Source: an uncultured Phycisphaerales bacterium (GTDB lineage Bacteria; Planctomycetota; Phycisphaerae; Tepidisphaerales; Tepidisphaeraceae). Taken from it: a stretch of 64,000 nt of DNA. Every line of letters starts with the position of its first letter. The first letter of the stretch is position 1. The DNA lies in the NCBI GenBank assembly GCA_963844715.1, contig CAWJPJ010000008.1, positions 448,001-512,000 on the forward strand, in the 5' to 3' direction. The translations under genes and the position numbers were made by a program. Positions 21,899 through 33,652 of this stretch are shown here, one piece after another. Below the pieces are notes generated by a model. It was given only the letters and a program-made list of their open reading frames with translations, made no database searches and had not been told where the DNA came from.

Positions 21899-22788
21899 GG
21901 CCTGTCTGATGAATCGCTTTTGGTTATAAATAGCGGTTTTCAGACGAGGTGTCACGGATGCGACGTTATGAGCTCACGGATGAGCAGTACGAGTTGATCG
22001 GCGATCTGCTGCCCGGCAACGGCAAGCGCGGCGGGCAGTGGAACGACCACCGCACCACGCTCAACGGCATGTTCTGGATTCTGCACTCGGGCGCTCGAAT
22101 GGCGCGAGATGCCCGAACGTTACGGCAGATGGCAAAGCGTCTACGACCGCTTCAACCGCTGGAGAAAGGACGGAACGATTGATCGAATCCTCCAGCGGCT
22201 GCAGATGAGGTTGGACAAGCAAGGACGAATCGACTGGGACCTGTGGTGCATCGACGGCACCAATGTGCGAGCCAGTCGATCCGCCGCCGGAGCCAGAAAA
22301 TCAAAACCGCCCCGGAAGAACCGGCGGATCACGCGTTGGGCCGCAGCCGAGGCGGGTGGGGCAGCAAGCTCCACCTGGTTACTGACGGCCAGGGAGTTCC
22401 GCTCGCCGTCGAGGCCAGCGCCGGCCAATGCCACGAGAGCCGGTACGTGGAGCCGGTGATGAACGCGATGCGCATTGGTCGCCGCCGTCGTCGCCCCAGG
22501 AGGCTGGCGGGCGACAAGGGATACAGTTACGGAAATGTGCGGCGATGGCTGCGTCGCCACCGAATCCAAGCGGTGATCCCGGCGAAATCGAATCAGCCGC
22601 CGCAGGAGAACTTTGATCGCAAGGCGTATCGCCGACGGAACGTGGTGGAGCGTTGCGTGAATTGGATGAAGGAGAATCGCCGCCTGGGCACGCGTTACGA
22701 GAAACTGGCGGTGAACTTTCAGGCCATGGCCAAGCTCGCCATGATCCGTCGCTATTTCAGGATTTTGGATTCATCAGACAGGCCCTAG
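21895..22788 (+). mobile_element. IS5-family element, copy 2 (inverted relative to copy 1)
   Basis: Same TIRs and CTAG ends; near-identical to 1229-2121. Confidence 0.95.
21949..22788 (+). CDS. IS5-family transposase orfA/orfB (extra base near 22098)
   Basis: Same translation as copy 1 apart from one indel and a few substitutions. Confidence 0.9.
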
Positions 22789-22873
22789 GAAAACGCCAAC
22801 GGATGGCCATCCGCTGGCTTTCGGGCGCGCCTATCATTTTGCATTCCGCAAGCGCTTGCGGTATTAACTCGGG

Positions 22874-24419
22874 ATGCTCCACGACGAGATCATTCCCATC
22901 CTCGATTTCGGGGCGCAATACTGCGCAATTGATCGCGCGGCGGGTGCGCGAAAAAGGGGTCTATAGCGAACTGGTGCGCCCGGATATTCCCGCGGCGGAA
23001 CTGGCGAAAATGAATCCCAAGGGGATCATCCTCTCGGGCGGACCGGCGAGCGTTTATGAAGAGGGTGCGCCCAAATGCGACCCGGATATTTTCAAGCTGC
23101 CGATGCCGATTTTGGGGATTTGCTACGGGATGCAGTTGGGGGCGGAAATTCTCGGCGGGCGCGTGAAGCCGGGGAAGGCGCGGGAGTTCGGGCGGGCGAA
23201 ATTGCATGTGGTGTCGGACGATCCGCTGGTGCGGGGCCTGCCGCAGGATACGACGGTTTGGATGAGCCACGGGGATCAGGTGGATGAACTGCCGGAAGGT
23301 TTTATTGCGCTGGCGTCGACGCCGACGTGCAAATACGCCGCGGCGCGGCATGTGGGCCGCCCGTTTTACGCGGTGCAGTTCCATCCGGAGGTGACGCATA
23401 CCCCGCGCGGCGAGCAGATCTTTCAGAACTTCCTCTACGACATCTGCAAATGCGCCGGTTCGTGGACGATGGGGAATTTCGTCGATGAGCAGGCGGCGGC
23501 GGTTCGCAAACAGGTGGGAAGCGGGAAAGTCATCTGCGGTCTGTCGGGCGGCGTGGACAGCTCCGTCGTCGCGGCCATGCTCCACAAAGCCATCGGCGAT
23601 CAGCTCATCTGCATCTTTGTCGATAACGGCTTGCTGAGAAAAAACGAGCGGCAACTCGTCGAAGCGACCTTTCGCGATCACTTCAAGGTAAAACTGATCG
23701 TGGAGGACGCCACGGAGCAGTTTTTGTCGGCGCTGGATGGCGTGACCGATCCGCAACATAAGCGCAAAGTCATCGGGCGGGAATTCATCGAGGCGTTCAA
23801 GCGGGCGGCCAAGGCGATTCCAGGAGCGCATTTTCTTGCCCAGGGGACGCTCTACCCCGACGTGATCGAAAGCGGGCATGGCTACGCCGGAAAATCGGCG
23901 AATATCAAGCTGCATCACAACGTGGGCGGCCTGCCGGAAGAACTCGGCTTCGAACTCGTCGAGCCGCTTAGGGACCTATTCAAGGACGAGGTGAGGCAAG
24001 TAGGGGAGGCGCTGGGCTTGCCGGAGTCGATCGTCTGGCGGCATCCGTTCCCGGGGCCGGGACTGGGGGTGAGAATCGTGGGAGCGATCACGCCGGAGCG
24101 GCTGCGCATATTGCGAGACGCCGATGAGATCGTGCTCGAAGAATTGATCGCGGCGAATTTGTACCGAAAGACGGCGCAGGTGTTTGCCGTGCTATTGCCC
24201 ATCGGAACGGTCGGTGTCATGGGGGATGCCCGGACATACGACGGCGTCATCGCCATCCGGGCCGTGGAGAGCCAGGATTTTATGACCGCCGACTGGGCGC
24301 GGATTCCGTTTGACGTGCTGGCGACGATGAGCAATCGGATTATTAACGAGGTTCGCGGGGTTAACCGCGTCGTTTACGATATATCTACGAAACCACCGGC
24401 GACGATCGAGTGGGAGTGA
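22874..24419 (+). CDS. guaA: GMP synthase (glutamine-hydrolysing), indel near 5' end
   Basis: [55 protein letters not shown]. Confidence 0.97.
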
Positions 24420-24425
24420 GCTTCA

Positions 24426-24758
24426 ATGAAATTGCCAAACAGGGCGCAGGCAATCATTGAGGACAACAAGATCCGGGATTATTTGCTAAGTCCGCTGCAT
24501 CGTCACGGACGCCATCACGCGGAATTGTTCCGTCGATTGCTGGGCATCGAGCGCGATTCCTGGCAGCGTCTTCACGCGGCATTGCTTCAGGCCGCGAAGG
24601 ACGAGGAAGCCATTCTCGGGCGCGACAGCAAATACGGCACGAAATACGAGATCAAATTTTCGATGACGGGTCCGGCCGGAAGCCGTACAATATTGAGCGT
24701 TTGGATGATCCGCGCCGGCGAGTCGGCGCCCCGTTTGGTGACCGCCTACGTGGAGTGA
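24426..24758 (+). CDS. DUF6883-like protein (putative toxin)
   Basis: KIRDYLL...H..G, YGTKY, SVW..., PRLVTAY. Confidence 0.75.
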   Translation: MKLPNRAQAIIEDNKIRDYLLSPLHRHGRHHAELFRRLLGIERDSWQRLHAALLQAAKDEEAILGRDSKYGTKYEIKFSMTGPAGSRTILSVWMIRAGESAPRLVTAYVE

Positions 24759-24761
24759 ATT

Positions 24762-24992
24762 ATGTCGCCATCCATTGTGGACTTGGACATCGTTGCTCTG
24801 TTGCGCGACTTGCCGGATGAGAAACTGGAGCGGGGCCAGACCGGTACGGTCGTCCTCACGCATGGGAACGGCGAAGCATACGAAGTCGAATTTATTCTCC
24901 ATACCGGCCGCTCCATTGTCGCGACCGTCACCCGGGAGGATCTGCTCAAGCTCAAGGGTTTCCAGCCCTCCGTGTCCGCTCCGGCCGCTTGA
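24762..24992 (+). CDS. DUF4926 protein (putative antitoxin/immunity)
   Basis: LDIVALLRDLP..L.RGQTGTVV...AYEVEF. Confidence 0.85.
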   Translation: MSPSIVDLDIVALLRDLPDEKLERGQTGTVVLTHGNGEAYEVEFILHTGRSIVATVTREDLLKLKGFQPSVSAPAA

Positions 24993-25058
24993 ACGAAAAT
25001 GACAGGGGTATGGCTTCTTGCGCAAACGATGCGGACTCGGTATGGTCTTATTTGATAT

Positions 25059-25601
25059 ATGGCATCGACTCAGGGCAAGTTGTTGATTGCTTCGCCGCGA
25101 CTGGTGGATCCGAATTTCATGCGCACGGTGGTGCTCATGGTGCAGCACAATGAACAGGGGGCGCTGGGTCTGGTTCTGAATCGGCCGCTGGAGTTGACGG
25201 TTCGCGACGCGTGTAAGGAGAGCCTGCCGGAACAGTGCGAGGTGGAGCAGGTCTTGCATCAGGGCGGGCCTTGTCAGGGTCCGCTGATGGTGATTCATGC
25301 CAACGAACTGTCGAAGGATTCGGATGTCTTCCCCGGCGTCTATTTCACGACGGAGCGGGGCAAGATTGAGATTCTTCTCAAGCAGTCGGACGCGCGGGCG
25401 CGGTATTTCGTGGGATATTCCGGCTGGGGGCCGGGGCAGCTCGAGGCGGAGATGGAAGTGGAATCGTGGCTGGTCGTGCCGGCGGAATCGGACATGATCT
25501 TCGACGGCAAACCCAATCTCTGGTCGAAACTGATGACGCGGCGGATGATGGATCATCCGACCGATCTATCCAACATCCCGGATAATCCGTCGATGAACTG
25601 A
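25059..25601 (+). CDS. YqgE/AlgH family protein
   Basis: DPNF.RTVV, GLVLNRP, GGP, GYSGWGPGQLE. Confidence 0.93.
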   Translation: MASTQGKLLIASPRLVDPNFMRTVVLMVQHNEQGALGLVLNRPLELTVRDACKESLPEQCEVEQVLHQGGPCQGPLMVIHANELSKDSDVFPGVYFTTERGKIEILLKQSDARARYFVGYSGWGPGQLEAEMEVESWLVVPAESDMIFDGKPNLWSKLMTRRMMDHPTDLSNIPDNPSMN

Positions 25602-25611
25602 TCGCATTGCA

Positions 25612-26769
25612 ATGAGCGCATGTCGCGTGGGCATCGCGGGATTCGGGCGGATCGGCGCGGAGCACGCCGGCTGGATCGCTCCCGCCGGAACGATCGCCGG
25701 GGTTGCGGATGTGACCGAGCCGCGGCGGGAACTGGCGCGAAAGCGGGGGCTGGCGGTTCACGATTCGTTCGAATCGCTGATTTCCGACCGCAATATCGAC
25801 GCGGTTCTGATTTCCACGCCGACGGCATTTCATCATCAGCAGGCGATGCAGGCGGCTGCGCGGGCAAGCATGTGATGGTGGAAAAGCCGCTGGCGATGAG
25901 CCTGGCGCAAGCGGCGGAGATCGTCGAAGCCGCGCGAAGCGGGGCGGATTCTGAGCGTCTTTCACAATCGGCGCTGGGACGCGGATTTTCTGGCCGTCAA
26001 GGCGGCGATCGCGTCGGGAATCTTCGGGAAGATCATCAATATCGAAAGCCGATTGGGTCAATGGGCCAGTTGCGTGGGGCCGGCGGCGGCGGAGTATCGG
26101 CCGAATTGGCGCAACGAGGCGGCGTTTGGAGGCGGGGGGCTGCTCGATTGGGGAAGCCATTTTTTGGATCAGATATGGCAACTGATGCTGCCGGCGCGGG
26201 CCTCGCGGGTTTTTGCGCAACTTCGCGGGAACGTCTGGACGCATGACAGCGACGATTTCGCGCGGATTGTGATTGATTTTGACAATGGGGCCGTCGCCCT
26301 GGTTGAAATCAACACCACGACGACGAAGCCGCTTCCGCGCTGGCATATCGATGGAACGTACGGCTCGGCGACGGCGCCATACAGCCTCGAATTCGACACA
26401 GAGAAATGGGCGGAGTTGGAATTTACTCCTTCTCCCTTTCCCGCTACTCCATCTTCCCCCTCCCCCGGTACTCCGGGGGAGGGTTGGGGTGGGGGGCAAG
26501 CGGCTGACGTCGCGGGGAACCCCCTCCCTGGCCCTCCCCCGGAGTACCGGGAGAGGGGACAAAAGGGGCAGAAATCCGGTGAGCCGCGGCGTCTTCCGGC
26601 GGGGGAGCCGGGTCTGACGGAATCAGAGATGTGGCGGCAATTTTTTGAGGCGGTCGCCGGACGCGGAAATCCCGCCGTGAGTGCGGAATCGGTTCTGCCC
26701 ACGATGGCTTTGCTCGATGCGGCGATGCAAAGCAGCCGCATGGGACAAGTCATCTCACTTCAGCGATAG
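25612..26769 (+). CDS. Gfo/Idh/MocA oxidoreductase (indels; in-frame REP-like insert)
   Basis: GIAGFGRIG, GKHVMVEKP, HNRRWD, GGGLLDWGSH. Confidence 0.9.
26455..26559. repeat. REP/REPIN-like inverted doublet
   Basis: CCCTCCCCCGGTACTCCGGGGGAGGG..GGGTGGGGG and inverted CCCCCTCCC..CCCTCCCCCGGAGTACCGGGAGAGGG. Confidence 0.85.
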
Positions 26770-27878
26770 AAGAACGGCTTTTCGATGAAAACGAACGTGA
26801 CCGTCGAGACGGCGATCACGCCCAGGCCGGTGAGAAAGGCGGCTCCGTATAGCTCGGGTAGATTGAAGGCGCCGTAGCGCGACGCTCCGAATATCCATTT
26901 GGCAAAAATGTGAATAATCGGATTGTGGAGCAAATAGACACTGTAGCTGATGTGGCCGAGGAATCGGACGGGCCTCCAGCGCATGATGGCCCAGGGACCG
27001 GCGGCTTGAATGGCGGCGATGAAGATCAGAAAAATGAGCAGAATCTGAACGAGGCCGACTTCGTCTCGGTAGAGGCCGCAAAGGACGGCCGTAGCGATTA
27101 TGCCGGCCCACATCCATAGCGTGTGCGCCAGGACGGTCGGCCGGAAACTGAGCACGTGGACGGCAAGGAAACCTGTCGCAAAAAATGCGCATAACCTCCA
27201 ACGTCCGCCGACCCAAAGTGATAAGGCAAAGATGGCAGGGTAAATCAGCCAATCCCGTTTGGTGGAGCGATAGACCAGGGCGAGAAATGGAAGCGACAGA
27301 TAGAAGACCCATTCGAATTCTAGGGTCCATTGGGTGCTAAGAATGGTGAAGGTGTCCTTAAGCCCGTTGAGATCGACCGGGGGGCAGAAGCCGAATGACA
27401 GCCAGATACCGATCTGGCGCGCGAGCTGGGCGGCGGGGACGTGAAGCGTGAACCTGGTCTCGATCGCGACAATCGCAAAAAGCAGCAGATCGGAAGCATA
27501 AAAAAGAGGTGCCAGTCGCAGCACGCGGCCTTTGAAGAATCTGACCCAGTTCATTCGGCCTTGATTCCGCACCACGCGGCCCCAGAAGAGATAGCCTGAG
27601 ATCATGAAGAACATGGCGACGGCGGCACGGCCGACGAGGTTATCGAACCGATGCGGGGGCGGGCGCCACGGATATCCGGCGAAAAAGCCGTGGGAAATGA
27701 CGGTGTGATGCAGAAAGACCGACAGAGCCAGCAGGCCGCGCAGGCCGTCCATCGAGGTAATGCGATCGGGGGGATCTTCGCCCAGAACGGCACGGGCCAC
27801 GGCGGGGAAAATCTTCAGCGCACCGGCAGTGGCGAAGATGAGCGCGAAGATCAGTCCGATCCCCAGGATGACGTTCAT
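26760..27878 (-). CDS. acyltransferase family 3 membrane protein
   Basis: MDGLRGL, FFMISGY, WTLEFEW.FY, LGHISYSVYLLH. Confidence 0.92.
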   Translation of the reverse strand: MNVILGIGLIFALIFATAGALKIFPAVARAVLGEDPPDRITSMDGLRGLLALSVFLHHTVISHGFFAGYPWRPPPHRFDNLVGRAAVAMFFMISGYLFWGRVVRNQGRMNWVRFFKGRVLRLAPLFYASDLLLFAIVAIETRFTLHVPAAQLARQIGIWLSFGFCPPVDLNGLKDTFTILSTQWTLEFEWVFYLSLPFLALVYRSTKRDWLIYPAIFALSLWVGGRWRLCAFFATGFLAVHVLSFRPTVLAHTLWMWAGIIATAVLCGLYRDEVGLVQILLIFLIFIAAIQAAGPWAIMRWRPVRFLGHISYSVYLLHNPIIHIFAKWIFGASRYGAFNLPELYGAAFLTGLGVIAVSTVTFVFIEKPFFYR

Positions 27879-27886
27879 GCGGCTCG

Positions 27887-29092
27887 TTATCCGAGCTTTT
27901 TGAGGAATTCGCCGATGCGATCGATGCCCTTGTCGATCTGCTCCATGCTGGTGGCGAAGCTGAGGCGAACATGGGTGTCGAACCCGCTGTCATTGCCGGG
28001 AACGACCGCCACGTGATTGTGTTCAAGCAGCGCGGCGGCGAAGGAAATCGCGTCGGTGATTTTTGTCCCGCCAACGGTTTTGCCGAAATATGCGCTGATG
28101 TTGGGGAAGGTATAAAACGCCCCCTGCGGACGCACGCAGGTGATTTTGGGCAGGCTGGTGAGCCGCTGCCACATGTGCTTGCCGCGTTTTTCGAATTGCT
28201 GGCGCATTTGCTCGACGCTCTCGGCGCCGCGCGGATCGGTCAGCGCCGCCACGGCGGCGGGCTGCGTGAAGCTGGTGATATGGCTGGTCATCTGGCTCTG
28301 CAATTTGTTGATGGCGTCGATGGCGGCCTTGGGCCCGCCGATGTAACCGATGCGCCAGCCGGTCATGGCGAACGTTTTGCTGTGGCAGTTGAAGGTCAGC
28401 GTGCGCTCCAAAAGATCGGGGTGGAGCGTCGCGAAGCTCACGAATTTCAGCCCCTCATATACGAGCTTTTCGTAGATTTCATCCGAGAAGACCACGCTGT
28501 TCGGGTGATGCGCGACGACGTCGGCAAGCGCTTTGAGTTCCTGCGGCGTATAGGCGTGCCCGCCGGGGTTGCTGGGGCTGTTGATGAGGAAGATGCGCGT
28601 CTTGGGCGTGATCGCCTCCTCCAATTGTCGCGGCGTGATCTTGAAGCTGTTGGCTTCTTCGCCTCGGATGACCTTGACGATGCCGCCGGCGAGCTTGATC
28701 TGCTCCGGATAGCTAACCCAGTAGGGCGAAGGAAGAATGACCTCGTCGCCGGGGTTGAGCACGGCCATGAACGCCATGTAGAGACAATGTTTCCCGCCTG
28801 CGCCGGTGGTGATCTGATCCGGCTTATAGGGGAGCCCGTTGTCGGCGTTGAATTTCCTGGAGATCGCCTCTTTCAATTCAAGAATGCACGGGGTGGGCGT
28901 GTATTTGGTCATCCCCTTGTCGAGGGCGGCTTTGGCGGCTTCCTTGATGAAAGCGGGGGTGTCGAAATCGGGTTCACCGGCGCCGAAACCGACGACGTCG
29001 ATGCCCGCCTTTTTCATGGCGTTGGCCTTGGCGCTGACGGCCAGGGTGATCGACTCGGAAACCAATTTGACTCGTTCAGCCAGGGGAAACAT
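27887..29092 (-). CDS. PLP-dependent aminotransferase class I (aspartate aminotransferase-like)
   Basis: GEPDF, NSPSNP, SDEIY, SKTFAMTGWRIG, GAFY. Confidence 0.95.
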   Translation of the reverse strand: MFPLAERVKLVSESITLAVSAKANAMKKAGIDVVGFGAGEPDFDTPAFIKEAAKAALDKGMTKYTPTPCILELKEAISRKFNADNGLPYKPDQITTGAGGKHCLYMAFMAVLNPGDEVILPSPYWVSYPEQIKLAGGIVKVIRGEEANSFKITPRQLEEAITPKTRIFLINSPSNPGGHAYTPQELKALADVVAHHPNSVVFSDEIYEKLVYEGLKFVSFATLHPDLLERTLTFNCHSKTFAMTGWRIGYIGGPKAAIDAINKLQSQMTSHITSFTQPAAVAALTDPRGAESVEQMRQQFEKRGKHMWQRLTSLPKITCVRPQGAFYTFPNISAYFGKTVGGTKITDAISFAAALLEHNHVAVVPGNDSGFDTHVRLSFATSMEQIDKGIDRIGEFLKKLG

Positions 29093-29196
29093 GTCATTCT
29101 CCGCGTTACAGGGGCAGGGAACGGTATCGCGGAGATGGCGCGTTTTCAAGCGGCCGTCTGGACAGGGCCGGCCGGCGATTCGATAGTGCTGGCACC

Positions 29197-30468
29197 ATGA
29201 CGGCTGGCGAATCAGATTGGGTTAAATACGTCAGGCAAGCGGTGGATCAGCTCGGACGCGAGCAATTCGACGAGGCGTTCGATCTTGCCCAGCGCGCGCT
29301 TTGGCGATCAATCCGGAAGCGGGGATGGCTCATCAGGTCGTCGGCCGCGTTTTGATGCGTCGGAATCAGCCCATCGAGGCGTTGCCCGAGCTGGAGCGGG
29401 GCCTTTCGCTTCGGCCGGATCAGGTCGAGATTCACAACGCCATCGGCCAATGCCACATGATGCTGGGAAATCTGGATCGGGCGGAGGAGCATTTCAATCG
29501 GCTGCTGGCGATTCGGCCCGAGCATGCGCTGGCCCATTTCAACCGCGCGTCGGTCTGGCTCAAGCAAGCCCGATACAAGGAGGGGTGGATCGAATACGAA
29601 TGGCGTTTCGCCGCGGGCCTGGTGGCGAGAACCGCGATTCCGCGGCCGCGTTGGGACGGCAGCCCGCTTCGAGGGCGATCGATTTTGGTTCATACGGAGC
29701 AGGGCATGGGGGATGTGCTTCAGTTCATGCGATTTTTGCCGATGGTGAAAGCGCAAGCCGGGCGATTGGTCTTTGCATGTCAAAAAGCGATGCAGGAGTT
29801 GCTTCGGCCAACGGAGTGCGTGGATGAATGGTTTCCGATCGACCAGCCTGCGCCGATCAACTTCCAGGTTTATGTCGCCGCTGCTGAGTTTGCCGGGCTT
29901 GCTGGGAATCGATGATCGAACGATTGCTCAGCCGATTCCATATGTGAAGCCGGATCCCGCGCGCGTCGAGCGATGGCGAAAGCCTATTGAGAGCCTGCCC
30001 GGGCTCAAGGTTGGCTTATGTTGGCAGGGAAGCCCCACGTTTGAAGGGGACGGGATTCGCTCGATCCCCCTTAAGCATTTTGCTCCGTTGGGACGGGTTT
30101 CAACTGTGACGCTCGTGAGTCTGCAAAAGGGGGCCGGGCTCGAGCAAATTGAGGGGTTGAAGGAAACGGTGCCGGTCAGCGTACTGGGCGAGTTGGATGG
30201 CGACGGTGCGTTCGTGGACCGGGCGGCGATGATGAGCCATCTGGATCTGGTCATCACGTCCGACACGTCGATCGCTCATCTGGCCGGGGCGATGGGGAGG
30301 CCGGTCTGGACGCTGCTTTCAACCGGATGCGATTGGCGATGGCTGACGGACCGGCAAGACACGCCGTGGTATCCCTCGATGCGGCTGTTTCGACAGAAAA
30401 CCTTGGGGGACTGGCCGGGGGTTATGACGGAAGTTGCAGCGGAACTAAGCCGGCATGCCAGAGAATAG
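29197..30468 (+). CDS. TPR-containing glycosyltransferase family 9-like protein (indels)
   Basis: TPRs, EGWIEYEWR, EQGMGD.LQF, DLVITSDT.IAHLAGA, PWYPSMRLFRQ. Confidence 0.85.
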
Positions 30469-30496
30469 GCCGAATTGTCGAAAGATTTGAATTAGC

Positions 30497-30525
30497 TTGA
30501 CGAACGTAAGTCAGGCGGGAATAAT
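30497..30525 (+). promoter_or_regulatory. sigma70-type promoter
   Basis: TTGACG-17 nt-AATAAT. Confidence 0.6.
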
Positions 30526-30529
30526 ACCC

Positions 30530-30680
30530 TCGGTAGTTGAAAGCCTTTCTCCCGGCAAAGGCCCGTCCGTGGTGATTGAACTGCGGAGCACTAAAGGCCT
30601 TGGCCGCAAGTTGTAATAGGCAACAACGTCAAAAGTTCGATTGCGAAAGAATCCGGGCCATCCGGCTCGTGGTTTTTTGT
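30530..30680 (+). ncRNA. candidate small RNA / short leader-peptide transcript
   Basis: Bounded by a promoter and an intrinsic terminator; contains GTG-start 15-codon ORF 30569-30616. Confidence 0.4.
30646..30678 (+). terminator. intrinsic terminator
   Basis: CGGGCC-ATCC-GGCTCG hairpin followed by TGG and a T run. Confidence 0.6.
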
Positions 30681-30736
30681 CGCTATTGGGTTTGGCGTAG
30701 TTATCGGGCCGACCGGAAAAAAACGGTTTGGTTGGA

Positions 30737-30764
30737 TTGACAAGGCGGTAACAGTCGATACGAT
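30737..30764 (+). promoter_or_regulatory. rRNA promoter
   Basis: TTGACA-16 nt-TACGAT upstream of 16S leader. Confidence 0.75.
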
Positions 30765-30854
30765 CTGCCTCCCCTTACGGGACGAGAGTCTCGAAAATCG
30801 GGGCGCAGCAGGAGGCGGTCCTTTCCGCCGCTGGTTGCGTATCGAATGTTCAGA

Positions 30855-30885
30855 TGCTCTTTGACAAGTGAATAATCGATAAGCC
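30855..30885 (+). promoter_or_regulatory. boxA-like antitermination site and 5' arm of 16S processing stem
   Basis: TGCTCTTTGACAAGTGAATAATCGA is complementary to TCGATTATTCACTTGTCAAAGCGC at about 32923-32946. Confidence 0.8.
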
Positions 30886-31210
30886 GCGAGGATGTGAGCA
30901 CGAAGCGATCCGTGAAACGATTGGGTTCGTGCAGAATGTTTTTCCCGGGGTTAAACCTGGGAAGACCTATCTCAAACATCCTTGTGGTGCACGCAAAGTG
31001 ATCTTCCTTGATCAATTTTGAGTAAGCCATCGAAGATGTTTGAGCCTTGCATCTCGGTTTTCTCGCTTGCGAGAGAATCGGGACTGACCCGATAGTCTTG
31101 CCGACTGATCGGGCAGTAACAGCCGGTTGGAGTTGTCTTAATTCCAATCGGTCTGGACAAACTCATTTCGAGGATAACCCCGCTTGCGAAACTGTAAGTC
31201 GCGGTCTCTT

Positions 31211-31254
31211 GCCTGGAGCTAGTCGAAGGGTTCTGCCCTGAGCTGGTCGAAGGA
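31211..31254 (+). repeat. tandem short REP-like direct repeats in rRNA leader
   Basis: CCTGGAGCTAGTCGAAGG and CCCTGAGCTGGTCGAAGG. Confidence 0.6.
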
Positions 31255-31293
31255 CAACGCCGTGCTTGAGGAGCGATCGGGTCCAAGAAATTT

Positions 31294-32800
<1,507 letters not shown>

Positions 32801-32959
32801 GATTAACTTAGATTCCGAACCCAGAGCGATCTGGGGCTCGGAACACTTTGTCAGCACTCCCCTCGTCCAAGGGCCTTAAAAACCCGAGGCAACGCCCGCG
32901 GCGACGCGAGCGAAGGGCTTTTTCGATTATTCACTTGTCAAAGCGCCGAACACCCACAG

Positions 32960-32989
32960 CCCGGAGTCGAAAGACTCCGGGTTTTTTTT
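32960..32989 (+). terminator. intrinsic terminator of 16S transcript
   Basis: CCCGGAGTC-GAAA-GACTCCGGG followed by a T run. Confidence 0.9.
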
Positions 32990-33021
32990 CGCCACGTTCT
33001 ATTCCGTTGCAAATGGGAAAT

Positions 33022-33380
33022 CTATTTCAAGCCGAATGCCCGGGTCAGTTTATCGTTCAGGGACCCGATTGTGACGGGACCGAGCGATCCCAGGCGGGGG
33101 CAATGACGTGAATTGACAATGTCGCGACCTTGTCCAATCTGATAAGAGAGTCAACTTTAAGGCCGCTGAGAGCGAATTCCGGATCTGATCGCAAAAGCTC
33201 CACCTCGGCCCCGCGGGGCGAACGATTTCCAAGGACACTTGTGATGAAGGCTAGAACCAGTTCGTCCGCTTGCGGGTCAGCAGAGATCACCACCGCCGGA
33301 CGCAATTTCCGGCCGGCAAGGTCGGCGAACGGAAACGGCACAAGAACCACCATCCCCCGATGAAATTGAGTTTGCGCCAT
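33022..33380 (-). CDS. PemK/MazF family toxin (indel near 33100)
   Basis: RGMVVLVPFPFAD...KLRPAVVIS, GLKVDSLIRLDKVAT. Confidence 0.9.
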
Positions 33381-33382
33381 TC

Positions 33383-33601
33383 TTAGACAGTCTCGCCGTC
33401 AGTATCCGAATAAATGTCCTCGCGCGGATCGTTCAAAAACTCGAACGCTCGGTCCTTACCGGCCAATTTCGCCATCCCCTCGGCAGGCAGATCGTCATTG
33501 TCGAGCAACGCGATCATCAATCGGGTGTCTTCTGGCAGATCGATCGGGTCGAGCGGCTTGAGATGCCCGTGTTGAAAAATGGCTCGAATCGTTCTTATCA
33601 A
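33383..33601 (-). CDS. putative antitoxin (AF2212/DUF104-like)
   Basis: IRAIFQHGHLKPLDPIDLPE; acidic C-terminus EDIY; directly upstream of toxin. Confidence 0.75.
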   Translation of the reverse strand: MIRTIRAIFQHGHLKPLDPIDLPEDTRLMIALLDNDDLPAEGMAKLAGKDRAFEFLNDPREDIYSDTDGETV

Positions 33602-33652
33602 AGACCTCGCCCTATTTTATATAGCCGTAATCGGCCAATCCACCCCAAACCA

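Noticed and set aside
22653..24419. 588-aa IS-guaA fusion ORF
   Set aside because: Artefact of an indel after the true ATG at 22874; the IS part is not the transposase frame
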